Shown: in pieces, positions 46,194-57,114 of the stretch | How the letters are laid out: every line of letters starts with the position of its first letter | Position numbering within the stretch: position 1 is the stretch's first letter | NCBI GenBank assembly: GCA_024346625.1 | Contig: AP024664.1 | Span: forward strand, 868,001-932,000 | Length of the DNA stretch: 64,000 bases | Direction of reading: 5' to 3' | DNA from: Williopsis jadinii | Lineage: Eukaryota | The notes under the pieces: generated by a model | Databases searched by the model: none | What the model saw: only the letters and a program-made list of their open reading frames with translations | What the model was told of the DNA's origin: nothing | Made by a program: the position numbers and the translations under genes

Positions 46194-49088
46194 ATGTCGT
46201 GGGATAAAGGAACAGATCAGCAGGTGTCTCCTTATACAGGGAGGCCATCCAATTCGCTGGCAAGACTGGCGTTCAACATCTATGGAACGTCTGGTGGAAC
46301 AACACCATCGGGCATCTCGAGGACTCCGTCCTACCATAACCGGCAGTCGTCGCCTCCAAACGCCACGCCCCCTAAAGGTGTCTCGCCTGTGTATGACGTC
46401 GGTGCCAATGACATCACCACTGTTAGGTACAAGTCGAACTCTGAGCTCATTGGCCTCTGTAAGCTGAACACGGACTCTGATCATGTGGTAATGGCTGGTA
46501 AGACTACGCTTCAGATCTACAGGGTTGGCACCACCGTCGTGCCAATTGATGAACTGTTGACCAACAGCTTCTACATGAAGAATAAGAAAACGTTTGGTAC
46601 CATACTGGACGTTAAGTGCGGGCATCGTAACTATAACAAGTACGTCGCAGCAAGTACGACAACTGGAAGCATTCTCATCTTCAACACCACTGCAAAGAGT
46701 AACAAGCTGCTATTCAAGTACTCGGATCAAACTAGGGCGATCAATACACTGTCATTCTCCCAGTTGGACCCCCATCTGCTATTGTCGGGATCGCAAGACG
46801 GTGCAGTGAAGCTTTGGGACTTGCGTGCCTCAAAGGGCAAACCAACCCTCACCATACAGCCAGGTTCTGATGCCGTTAGATCAATACAGTTCTCACCATT
46901 CCATAACAAGAAGTTTGCTGCAATATCTGATTCTGGTGTTATCCTGAAATGGGACCTGAGGTTGCCAACACAATTTGAAAAGAAGTTAAATGCCCATACA
47001 GGACCTGGCTTATGTATAGAATGGCATCCTGAGTTTGATTACCTCGTGAGTGCCGGCAGGGATAAGCAAGTTCAAATTTGGAACATGAACAGTGATACCA
47101 GAGTCCCAGAACATGTCATTTACTCTGCGAACCCGGTCAGCAAGGTCACCTGGAGACCAACGGTATCCAATAGCATAACAGGCGCAGAAGTTGCAATGAG
47201 TTTCCTGAATAATGATATGGCTGTCCAAATCTACTCTTTGAAACGGAAGTATATCCCACTGTACACCATTGAATCACACACTGCTCAGATAACTGGACTT
47301 TCGTTTAAGGATGAGAGATTCCTCATGACATGTTCAAAGGACAAGTTCTTTTGCAAGGAAGATCTGGCCTTGTACCCACATACAATCGATAACTTATCTC
47401 TGACATCGGTATCTTGGACTCCTAATAATGATATCATATTCATAGATCAACAGAAGAAGAAATTCGAAACTGATAGGGAGTCGGATACTCAACAATCAGG
47501 AGTTTCATACCCTCAGCCTTCAACATCACCATCTTCGAATCCATCAGCACTGACCAACACACCTTATATGTCGTACAACACATCACCGAGACCAGGAATG
47601 TCACGGAGCAGTAGTGTAAGACCATCGCTAATCCGTGGACAAAGTGGGAACTTAAACCTTCACCATACGACTCCTGTGATGAACCCTACTGCTATTCCTG
47701 TGACATTGCCTATTATGAAGAACAAGGACGCTTTGAAATATCTCGCAGAGAATTACGTGATTGACCCTAGTGAGGATCTCGTTGCCAGTTGTGTTAAAAA
47801 TGCAGCAACTGCTAGTGAAGTTGGAAATTACAGAGATGCCCAGACCTGGAATGTCATCAAAGAAAGCTTGCTTTGGGAAAGACAACTTGATCAGGAATTG
47901 ATATACGATGTGCCTGAAGTAGTCCATGGTGATGGTGAAAGTCTACACTCTGATCTCACAAGTGAGAAGTATCAGTACTCAACATCAGCATCGACGAATT
48001 ATGGTAAGAGTCCAAGTCTCTCTGATCTCTCAGAGTTCAACTCACTGAACTCGAAAGAACACCATTTCGCTACAAGAGAGCATCGCTTATCAATAATCAA
48101 AAGTATCAAGAGTAAGTCGTCAATAACAGATATCCAAGAGTCCGAGTCTGAGGACCCGGATCATGGCAAGACGGTCACCAGAGAGGATGTTCTGAGATGG
48201 GCTGATACGCTCAAAACGAAGCCATCTGATACAGCAGCATCTGGCGATGATACACTAAACAAGGATGAGAATGAAGTTGCGGTGGAATTTACAGAGGCTA
48301 CTACCAAACCTGTTGCGTTACATCATCGTAAAAGGTCTATAAGAGAGTCTATGCTGGATATTGCTGACTCTAACTCTGCCCAATCTCGTTCGCCAACCTA
48401 CTCTTTGATGTCATCTATGAGTGCAGCTTCCATCAAGCCACTAAGTGCACCATTGGCTCCTATCCTGAGTAAGCAATCTCTGAGTAAGCAGAATTCACAT
48501 ATGTCAGAACTCACCAAGCAACTCACAGGTCAAAATACAGGTCATGAGAAGGTGACTGTAGGTGGTAGGTTGCTTCCACCATTCGTGCCTCGTCAAATGA
48601 TCCGCAAATCAGTCGAGTTCAGCTCTGGCCAAGGTGATTTGATCATGAGCTGTACTCTGTTACTTCTCTTTAACGACAGATACAAGATTCTTCCAGAAGT
48701 GATGATGAAGAATAGCCTATTTGAATATTTACAATTCTTACAAAGGATGACGTTTTGGGTACCATTGGCTAACATCTTACAGATCACAGAGTACGATGAG
48801 TTCAAACAAATGTCATCTAATTCAACAACGGTACGGCGTTTCTGTTCTAAATGTGGTGTCTTGGTTGTCAATGAAAAGACTAAAGAGAAGTATCTGAAGG
48901 ACGATCAGGTGAACTTTGGTGCGTGGTTCTGCGAGCAATGTGGATGCAGAAGTAAGTGTATCTATTGTAACGAGCCATTGAAGGGACTTAACATCTTCAG
49001 GCTGAAATGTGGACACAATGGTCATTTTGGATGCTTCAAATCATGGATGTTCGACGAAGGTATGAGCTGCTGTCCCGGTGGCTGTTAG
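46194..49088 (+). CDS. RTC1: SEACAT/GATOR2 subunit Rtc1/Sea2 (WDR24), 964 aa
   Basis: WD40 repeats (LLSGSQDG.VKLWDLR, NAHTGPGLCIEWHP) and C-terminal Zn/RING (CGHNGHFGC..W). Neighbour of CDC33 as in S. cerevisiae. Confidence 0.9.
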   Translation: MSWDKGTDQQVSPYTGRPSNSLARLAFNIYGTSGGTTPSGISRTPSYHNRQSSPPNATPPKGVSPVYDVGANDITTVRYKSNSELIGLCKLNTDSDHVVMAGKTTLQIYRVGTTVVPIDELLTNSFYMKNKKTFGTILDVKCGHRNYNKYVAASTTTGSILIFNTTAKSNKLLFKYSDQTRAINTLSFSQLDPHLLLSGSQDGAVKLWDLRASKGKPTLTIQPGSDAVRSIQFSPFHNKKFAAISDSGVILKWDLRLPTQFEKKLNAHTGPGLCIEWHPEFDYLVSAGRDKQVQIWNMNSDTRVPEHVIYSANPVSKVTWRPTVSNSITGAEVAMSFLNNDMAVQIYSLKRKYIPLYTIESHTAQITGLSFKDERFLMTCSKDKFFCKEDLALYPHTIDNLSLTSVSWTPNNDIIFIDQQKKKFETDRESDTQQSGVSYPQPSTSPSSNPSALTNTPYMSYNTSPRPGMSRSSSVRPSLIRGQSGNLNLHHTTPVMNPTAIPVTLPIMKNKDALKYLAENYVIDPSEDLVASCVKNAATASEVGNYRDAQTWNVIKESLLWERQLDQELIYDVPEVVHGDGESLHSDLTSEKYQYSTSASTNYGKSPSLSDLSEFNSLNSKEHHFATREHRLSIIKSIKSKSSITDIQESESEDPDHGKTVTREDVLRWADTLKTKPSDTAASGDDTLNKDENEVAVEFTEATTKPVALHHRKRSIRESMLDIADSNSAQSRSPTYSLMSSMSAASIKPLSAPLAPILSKQSLSKQNSHMSELTKQLTGQNTGHEKVTVGGRLLPPFVPRQMIRKSVEFSSGQGDLIMSCTLLLLFNDRYKILPEVMMKNSLFEYLQFLQRMTFWVPLANILQITEYDEFKQMSSNSTTVRRFCSKCGVLVVNEKTKEKYLKDDQVNFGAWFCEQCGCRSKCIYCNEPLKGLNIFRLKCGHNGHFGCFKSWMFDEGMSCCPGGC

Positions 49089-49966
49089 TGCTCGACTGGT
49101 GGGATACTCTTTATGAAATCATGAACAATGTTCCAGTACGAAGGATATACAACTGTATCGTTATGGTGAGCTCCGTCAAACACCGTGCGAGATTTAACTG
49201 TAGCAGGTGAAAGTTCGTAGAGTCTTGCCATGTGGTCTGGAGGCACGATCTCGTCCTTCTCTGCGCATAGAAAGATCATCTCAACCTCTGGAGATACTTT
49301 CAAGATGTCGTGCTCCGAGTCCCATACCTGGTGACAAAGAAATGTAAAATTTCTCAAGAAGGGGAAGATATGAGGAATCGCCTTGCGTATACTCAAGAAT
49401 GTATTCTCTAGCACGACGGCCTTCACTGGAACATAGTTCTTGGAGGCGATGTAGATGGCCACAGCACCACCTAGTGATCTTCCATACAGAACAACGGAAG
49501 AGTTGCTCAACTGATCATGTTCCATGACAAATTTCATGACGGTATCAGCATCAGTCTTTATTCCATCCTCAGTGGAAGTTCCAGTAGACTCGCCATAGCC
49601 TCTGTAGGAGAAGATCAGGACATTATAGCCCATTTCCTTGTAGAGGAGCTGTACTATTGGAAGGGAGTTTCCAATGTTCCCGGCATTAGGACACAGGACA
49701 ATGATGGTCTTGTTCTTATAACCAGGCAGTGTTCTGTCGTGTAGCAGTAGGAACGTGTGGATCTTCTCTCCATCCGGGGTCTCCAGGAACATATTCTCGT
49801 ATGGCATGTCATATTCATCAGGCGTGTCCGTCTTCACCCGGGCATCGTTCAGTGTGTTTGGATAGATCAACTTCAGCTGGAAACGGTACAGCGCAGCTAG
49901 CGATACAACACTGACAGAAGCCAAAGCTGCGGCAAACATCTTAAGTGTGTACGACAGAGTGTGCAT
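49085..49966 (-). CDS. Bem46/ABHD13-family alpha/beta hydrolase (YNL320W-like)
   Basis: PNAGNIG, YRGYG, nucleophile elbow GRSLGG, ENTFLSI, HND. Confidence 0.88.
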   Translation of the reverse strand: MHTLSYTLKMFAAALASVSVVSLAALYRFQLKLIYPNTLNDARVKTDTPDEYDMPYENMFLETPDGEKIHTFLLLHDRTLPGYKNKTIIVLCPNAGNIGNSLPIVQLLYKEMGYNVLIFSYRGYGESTGTSTEDGIKTDADTVMKFVMEHDQLSNSSVVLYGRSLGGAVAIYIASKNYVPVKAVVLENTFLSIRKAIPHIFPFLRNFTFLCHQVWDSEHDILKVSPEVEMIFLCAEKDEIVPPDHMARLYELSPATVKSRTVFDGAHHNDTVVYPSYWNIVHDFIKSIPPVEH

Positions 49967-50193
49967 TATAGATTCTATCAGTCTGAGGAGGAGTTCAGAG
50001 CACTAGGGAGGATTGAGAATGGTGTGAAAGGCTGTCATGATTGTTTAACCCTGACGTGTTTTTTGGATTTTTTGGCCCAGGGGGTGGGTCTACCCCCGAG
50101 GTCGAATCTACATCAGCTGGCAACGTCCTACATCATCTAGTGGTGCTTGTTTCTATAAAGAATTGAGTATCTGTTTTATATGATGATGAGCCC

Positions 50194-51696
50194 TCAGACT
50201 TTCCATCTCTCTGTGACACTTCTCAGTCCATCAAAGATGAGGGTGTTGTCCACTGGAATGTACTGATTGGTCACTAACTTGATGGCTTCCTGGCCTGCGA
50301 TTCCACCCATCACTGAGCAAATGTTGTTCAGCTGCTGTCCCTGTGCTCTCAAAATCTCTCTGAGAACATTGTACAGCTCGTGGGAGGCTGTGAGTGACTT
50401 CCTTTGAGAGAAGAGGTCATCAAGGTGGTCCAATGTTGGGAGTGCGTTATGTGTTAGGATATACTGCTGAACAAGGAAGATTCCGATGAGTACCAGATTA
50501 CTCTTTGAATCTTCGTGCTCTGTTGCAATTTTCGTATTCACATAGTTCAGAGGTTGACAAGAGCTCTGTGAGAAGTAGAGGTGTCTTGAGTTCTTCAGAA
50601 AGGTCTGTACAGTCTGTGGGTCGACAGCGTGGCTCCAATGCATCGTCTCCAATATTTTATCCAACTCTTGAGTGAATAGTGCTCGATCCGCATCTGCTTT
50701 GCTTTGATATATCTTTTTCAAAGCTAGGTAGTTCCCCGTAGATGAGGTCATATCTGGTAATGCACCTGTCAGAGGCAGTACACCTGTCTGTGTGACAAAT
50801 GCTTTCAGGGCCTTCACCAGGATCCAGAATAAGCTTCTACTGTGCTCCTCTTCGAGATGTGTATCCACCTGTTGTAACAGCTCTTGAATACTGTGAGGAA
50901 CGCCCGTTGAGCTCATAATCATATGACTATTTTCCACGGCTTCGTCAAAGTTCAGCTCTTGGTAGTCTTTCTTCCAGTCCATGATCATCTTTTTGAACTC
51001 CTTCTTCTCTTGACTGGTTTTAGGTAGCTGGGTATGAGTGTTTCTCCAGGCCTGCACGGCCTTCAATTGTATTATGAGGTACGGTATCTGCGCATGTTCC
51101 TCGACATCAAGTGACTCAAGGTCAATGGAATCGCTATATTGCAGTAATTCATCCCAGGGGTTAACAATCCTGAGATCTGCAACGCCCTGGGTATGAGTTT
51201 CGACAACTTCAACTGAAGGTTTGAATATTCTAAGGATACCGTAAAATCCCAGCGTATTCGTTACAATCACCGGTATCTTCAGTTTTGACAGTTGTTCCAG
51301 CACCAATGGGTACTCCCAGTTGAGTACAACAAGGTCATATTGGTTCCAAAAATCGGTGGGTTGAAGTGTTTGTAACCAAACATTCGCATCTTCAACGTGG
51401 TGGAAATCACCAGCCACGTCCTCGTTCAACTCATTCAAATTCTTCACCAGGGACGACACCCTCTCGGAGCCTACATCATCAGGACTCAGGTAGAACGACA
51501 CAAGGTCGTCGCTCTGTACCGTGTGGGGTTCATCCAGCAACGTGAAGGACCCTACGCCTGGTAACACCAAGTTCTTTACCAACTCCAGCGAGGTGACTGT
51601 CGGTTGCACCACCAGCACTCGTGCGGATTCAAGCAATTGTTGTCCCTGCTTTTCCCACAGCCGTAATTGACGATCGTACTTCTCCTCTCTGTCCAT
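50194..51696 (-). CDS. ULA1: NEDD8/Rub1-activating enzyme E1 regulatory subunit, 500 aa
   Basis: KYDRQLRLW..GQ..LE, KNLVLPGVGSFT, LPDMTS....Y..L..IY, GGIAGQEAIKL. Confidence 0.92.
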   Translation of the reverse strand: MDREEKYDRQLRLWEKQGQQLLESARVLVVQPTVTSLELVKNLVLPGVGSFTLLDEPHTVQSDDLVSFYLSPDDVGSERVSSLVKNLNELNEDVAGDFHHVEDANVWLQTLQPTDFWNQYDLVVLNWEYPLVLEQLSKLKIPVIVTNTLGFYGILRIFKPSVEVVETHTQGVADLRIVNPWDELLQYSDSIDLESLDVEEHAQIPYLIIQLKAVQAWRNTHTQLPKTSQEKKEFKKMIMDWKKDYQELNFDEAVENSHMIMSSTGVPHSIQELLQQVDTHLEEEHSRSLFWILVKALKAFVTQTGVLPLTGALPDMTSSTGNYLALKKIYQSKADADRALFTQELDKILETMHWSHAVDPQTVQTFLKNSRHLYFSQSSCQPLNYVNTKIATEHEDSKSNLVLIGIFLVQQYILTHNALPTLDHLDDLFSQRKSLTASHELYNVLREILRAQGQQLNNICSVMGGIAGQEAIKLVTNQYIPVDNTLIFDGLRSVTERWKV

Positions 51697-52212
51697 CTCG
51701 CTCGGCTTGTAACACTAGAGTAGTCAATCGTCTAAACAAAAGACCCCAGTGTAAAACAACATCATAGGAAAGTACCCCATTAGCCTCACTCACACACCCG
51801 GACATACAACAGCAACCACCAGGGCTCAAAACGCAAGCGAAAGAAAATTCCGACACAAATTCCGACACAACCCTGAGGCGCTGCATCGGAACCTTAAATC
51901 TGGAAGAGCACAGACAGTGAAAAAAAGCATCTTGCAACCAGGTCAACGACCGTGCATCGAACGGAATTGGCTTGCGATGAGACGAATACCTCAGCTGTTT
52001 TAACCTGTTCATACTCAGAGGCTGTTGACCCTTTTCGTAACATAAACTGTGAGATAGAAAACAGGCATCCAGTCTTGCTGTACGTGTAACGTGTGTGGTC
52101 TCTCTCTGTCTAAATTTCATTCTGCCCTGGTGCACTCACCATTCATATACTGCTGTTGAGTTGCTCATCAGTTCTTATAATACCAACAAGGAAACAATCG
52201 AACAATAGAGAT

Positions 52213-53700
52213 ATGTCGCCTGATTCGCATCTGGAAGGTGAAGAGGACTCCCCGCGTCGATTCTCGGGCTATAACTCGTTCCAAGAGATGCTCAATACTG
52301 GGGGTCGCAACTCGCTGAACAACTTTGCGTCTTCGTACTCGAGAAGTGCCAACTTCCTCCAGGCTGATTTTGACGTTGGCCAACGGCCAAAGAGGTTGAG
52401 CATGGCGACGGTGGGCTCTGAAGAGACACCACTGTTCGAGGATTCGCTCTATCCAACTCTCTCCTATAATGCCATTGAAGAAGAGACAGATGCGAGAAGT
52501 GTACGAACAGCTGCACTCAAGAATACTGGGAATTCCACTGCTCCCCAGACGATATTTAACGGTATCAACACACTAATAGGAATTGGTATCTTATCTTTGC
52601 CTCTGGGAATGCGTTACGCTGGTTGGATTCCAGGTAGTGTCATCTTACTGGCTTGTGCACTGAGCACCCAATACACGGCGAAGTTGCTTGCCAAGTGCCT
52701 CCAAAAGAACGATGAACTTATGACCTATGGTGATATTGCCCAATACTGTTTGGGGAACATTGCACATTTCATCATCGTTGCCACCTTCACCGTTGACCTT
52801 TTAAGTGCAGGCATATCAATGATTGTGATATTTGCAGACTCGTTCAATGCACTGACAGGAGTGGATAAGCTGGTCTTCAAGATCATCATCTCTTTCCTCT
52901 TCTTCCTGTTCAGCTTCTTGAGACTGGATATACTGTCACATCTAAGTCTCCTTGGAATCCTATGCACCACACTCATCGTGTTCTCTGTCATAATCTGCGG
53001 TCTGTTCAAAACAGACGGCCCAGGGTCCTTGCTACACCCTTCACCAACGTCACTATGGCCACAGGATGCACAGAATCTGTTCCTCAGTCTCGGTATATTC
53101 ATGTCACCGTTTGGTGGCCATGCCATATTCCCTGAGCTGTACAGAGATATGGTGCATCCAAAGAAATATAACAGATCCGTATCCACAATCTTTGGATTCA
53201 CATGGAGTGTCGACTTCGCCATGGCTGGCCTTGGCTATCTGATGTTTGGTGAGGCCGTCCTCGATGAAATCACCAAATCGATCATGGTTACACCGGGCTT
53301 TCCTCAGTGGATAAACGTTGTCATATGTGCCTTGATGGGAATACTCCCAGTGTCAAAGGGGCCACTCATCACACGTCCAATCATCACGATGCTCGACCAA
53401 TACACCTCATCCAAGACCACGTATAACAAGCTCCCTTCGAGCGTCATCCGCGCCATTAACAGGTTTGTTATTGTTCTCATCTTCTTCATCACCTCCCTCG
53501 TCTTCACTGACTTTGGACGCATCATGTCGTTCCTCGGAAGCGCCATTTGCTTCGCCATCTGTATCATTTACCCTCTGACCTTCTACCTGATCATTTACTA
53601 CGACGAACTGTCTGTCTGGAAGATCACTGCCACGGTAGTATCCATCATCATCAGTGTCATTTTGGCGGTTTGTGGAACCACTGCGGTGGCGTTAGTGTGA
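52213..53700 (+). CDS. AVT1: Vacuolar amino-acid transporter Avt1 (AAAP family)
   Basis: STAPQTIFNGINTLIGIGILSLP, GGHAIFPELY.DM.HP, many TM helices. First ATG at 52213. Confidence 0.85.
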   Translation: MSPDSHLEGEEDSPRRFSGYNSFQEMLNTGGRNSLNNFASSYSRSANFLQADFDVGQRPKRLSMATVGSEETPLFEDSLYPTLSYNAIEEETDARSVRTAALKNTGNSTAPQTIFNGINTLIGIGILSLPLGMRYAGWIPGSVILLACALSTQYTAKLLAKCLQKNDELMTYGDIAQYCLGNIAHFIIVATFTVDLLSAGISMIVIFADSFNALTGVDKLVFKIIISFLFFLFSFLRLDILSHLSLLGILCTTLIVFSVIICGLFKTDGPGSLLHPSPTSLWPQDAQNLFLSLGIFMSPFGGHAIFPELYRDMVHPKKYNRSVSTIFGFTWSVDFAMAGLGYLMFGEAVLDEITKSIMVTPGFPQWINVVICALMGILPVSKGPLITRPIITMLDQYTSSKTTYNKLPSSVIRAINRFVIVLIFFITSLVFTDFGRIMSFLGSAICFAICIIYPLTFYLIIYYDELSVWKITATVVSIIISVILAVCGTTAVALV

Positions 53701-53803
53701 AACTGGCCTTATCATGTTACATGGACATATATGTAAACAAAAAGATAAATAGAATCAACAATAAAAGCATATACAAACGTGAAGCCCAAGCACGACAAAC
53801 AAC

Positions 53804-55537
53804 ATGGCGGTTAACGCTGGGAACACGAAGTTGGATCAGGATTCGTTGATTCAGAAGCATGCCGGTGTCACCACGGTTTGGTAAGCAACAGTGTACAGCT
53901 CTCTGGTGCTTTTGATGTCACCATGCTAACACATATCACGCAAGCTATTATCGACGTTGGGATTGAGATCGGCGCACAGGAGGATAACCAGAAAGGAGAT
54001 CCAGTCAGTATCGATCCCTCAAACCTGTGACGAGATCAAGAAACCGGATAATGCATTGACTCTCCGCATCAAGTCCTCGTTGTTGTATGGTGTTGCTTTG
54101 GTTTACAAGCAAAAGACTGATTACTTGAACAGCGACGTGTCAAACGTCCGTACCAGGATCCAAAGAGGCTTGAATCCTCTCAAGGGACACGCCTCCAAGA
54201 TATTGATGCCCATGGCGTCGGAGGCTGATGTGCTGCAACGCTTAGCAAAACAAGTCGTTCTTAGAGATGACCCCTCGTTCAACATAGATGGCGGGTTGTT
54301 ACCACCGCTAGCTGGGTTAGACTTCTTGCAGACCTCCAACGCCCATGATGATCTTCAAAAAAGAGGGATTCAACAAGTGGACCAGGAGAACAATGTGGTT
54401 TCCTTGCCTGTTGATCAGTTGAATCTACGTGAATCTGGAGCTCATTTCATGGAAGAAGATGGATTGCAAGGCATGAATCCTGAATTTGCATTCAACGATG
54501 ACGGATTCATAGTAGATATTGTTCAGGACGATATTCGTCCTGACACTGATTATCAATTAGGTGATGGTTCATTCAATTTGGCATTCGATGTCGATCCGCA
54601 ACCTGCTGAAGATCACATTCGTGAAATGGATCAGATCTTGGAGGAGGTTGAGGAACCTCGCGTTGGGCAGAATCAAGATCATGCTCAAGCAACACCACCT
54701 AGAGTTTGTCCCAAGAAGCGTATGAGAACGGATACGTCGCAGATTGTCGTGGACATGGCCATTAGTATATGTACTGAAGATTTACGCAATTTCAGAGATA
54801 ACTATGTTTCCGTGATGAAGTCAAAGGCTAAGAAACCCAAGTATAACAATTACTTGGATTTTACCTTGAAAGACCCACTTCTTCCAGATTTCCTTCCAGT
54901 TGTGGCAGTTGACGCTATTGAGCGTGGTCGCCAATTACATCGTGAAGATGGTGACTTTGTCGATAGCCTAAATCGTCATAGAAGATCATCTGTGAGCTCC
55001 ATAGAATCTGGAAGACACGTCTCTGTATCATCAAGACGCCATTCGCGTGCAAGCTTAGCTGCTATCGACTTACCCTGGGAAAACGCGCCACTGGCCGATG
55101 CTGATCACGACTTTGATTACCGAAACGAATTGGATGAATTCCCGCTAAGCTTGGAGGATCACTCAACTACTTCCGGTTCATCGAAGAAGAGGTCAAGCTC
55201 CCTTCTAAGGCTTCCAGAACTGCAAGAGGAACGCCATGATGCTTCAAGAGACAAGGAATCGGTCTCCGCGACCGGTAACACATTGAGATCAGGACATGGG
55301 CACGGAACCATGCTGAAGTTTTTGGCGTTTCTACAGTCGAGATTTGAGGAGGAGAACTGTGAAGAGTTGAGTTTTGAAAAACTAATCGATTACGAGACTG
55401 ACAGATCGATAGTTGTAAAGTCATTCTATGAGGTTCTACAATTGGCAACTCTCAACGGGATAAAGGTATCTGTTGGCCAAAGTATTGGTGATTTTGGCTT
55501 GATGTCCGCTGCTGAACTGTCCATTCGTCTTGCATGA
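53804..55537 (+). CDS. REC8: Meiotic cohesin kleisin Rec8; exon1 53804..53880, exon2 ~53944..55537; splice acceptor out of frame as assembled
   Basis: GVTTV(W)LLSTLG, LRIKSSLLYGV.LVY, C-terminal winged helix VKSFYEVLQLAT. GTAAGC donor at 53881, TGCTAAC at 53924-53930. Confidence 0.85.
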
Positions 55538-55903
55538 CGCCATAGCGGATTCATTCACCTATTTCGAAATCTTCCTAGCTATACAGTCTATGACTTACAA
55601 TTTGCAATTCCAACCGTTATACATTGTATACTTTATGTGCTAATTATACAATTCCATGCAGAGGTCTCCGAAACCAACGACGCCATGCGGTGCAAGTTTA
55701 ACTTTGGACTCACATCAATTGCTACAACAACAGCAAGCTACATAATTTTTAAAGCAATCATAGTAATTAATCATGCAAACGAGTTTAGTGTGGAAACCCA
55801 CCAGTAGATTAAAGTATAACACATAAAAAAGGGATCAGCTAGTGAAAGAACGGCTCCATAAGGATCGATCATAGCAAATCATTCAAGTACCTGGAGGAAC
55901 AAC

Positions 55904-56836
55904 TCAGTTGATTTGAGTTGGTTGTTGATCCTCATCTTCAGCCCATTCAGCTTCAGCCTCAGCAGCCTCTTGTTCATCAGCCTCCTCGTCATAGACGTCA
56001 TCAGCGGTTTGGTGCAATGACAGAGCAGGCTTGACAGCAGCTTGGTCCAAAGTCCAGGCGGCCAAAGCATTTTCAGCATCGATGATGATTTGCTTAGAAG
56101 CTTCGTAACCGTCATAAGCTGGTCTGGTCTCACCAGGGGTGACTGGGGCATCATCAAGCAACTCCAAAAGGGCCTTACCGTAACCAGCGATCAAGGCCAA
56201 CTTCTCAGAGAGTTCTCTTGTAGCGTCAAACTGGTAGTTGAATCCAGCTTTGAACTTTTCTCTGGTAATGTTTGACAATTGTGCCTCAGCAACCAAGGAT
56301 TCGGCCTCGGCACGCACCAATTCTTGCTCCAAAACAGCAATCTTTGGGGACTGTGGGTCCTTGTACTTCAAACGCGCAATTTCGTCGGTAATTTTTTGCT
56401 TGCGTTCTCTTGTTGGTTGGACAGAGCCCTCAATGTCTCTGATGGACTTCAATGTGAGTCTGTACTGATCATACTTATCAATGTATTGATCCTCGAGCTC
56501 ACCAATCTCATAGATCAACACACCGAGTTTATCAGTCACGTCTGAAACGTCATCATCGTTATCCTCACCCCAGACGGACAGCTGCTTGGCAACCTCACGA
56601 CGCTCTCTTGCAACCAATTCAATGGATCTCAACACATTCTTCTCCAACTTGATCAAAGCGGACAGCTTTCTGGCCAATTCAGGACCAAAGTTGGCTGCAG
56701 CGTTCTTTCTGAAAGTAGAAGCGATACCAGCTTTACCAAAGAACTTCGACTTGGTAGTGGAAGTTGGAGGTGGTGGCGATTGCAATTGAGAAGCCGTTGG
56801 CGCTCTAGTGTTTCTCAAAGAGTATGTTCTGTGCAT
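55904..56836 (-). CDS. LSP1: Eisosome BAR protein Lsp1, 310 aa
   Basis: MHRTYSLRN.RAPTA, TKSKFFGKA.IA..FRKNAA.NFGPELARKLS; closer to Lsp1 than Pil1, and syntenic with ULA1/SNF8/HAT1. Confidence 0.88.
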   Translation of the reverse strand: MHRTYSLRNTRAPTASQLQSPPPPTSTTKSKFFGKAGIASTFRKNAAANFGPELARKLSALIKLEKNVLRSIELVARERREVAKQLSVWGEDNDDDVSDVTDKLGVLIYEIGELEDQYIDKYDQYRLTLKSIRDIEGSVQPTRERKQKITDEIARLKYKDPQSPKIAVLEQELVRAEAESLVAEAQLSNITREKFKAGFNYQFDATRELSEKLALIAGYGKALLELLDDAPVTPGETRPAYDGYEASKQIIIDAENALAAWTLDQAAVKPALSLHQTADDVYDEEADEQEAAEAEAEWAEDEDQQPTQIN

Positions 56837-57114
56837 TTTATCTGTTAAATACGTACAAGAGAAACTTCACAGGGAACCCCTGGACTGGGAAGAAAAGCAA
56901 GAGGGACCCCCTTTTTATATGATTTGCCCGGATAAATTTTTCGCCATTTTCAGCCTTTGTAGATTGCTCGTGCGTGCGGCGCATACTTGAACAAATAGAG
57001 ATATTCCCGATTGGGCTAACGAAAGTTTCCTAATTCGGAACTTGATAGCGTACATATGCTTCCTGCTACGTCATTGTGAGTTAAGGGACAACGCACTATT
57101 ACACTGGGAAATAG

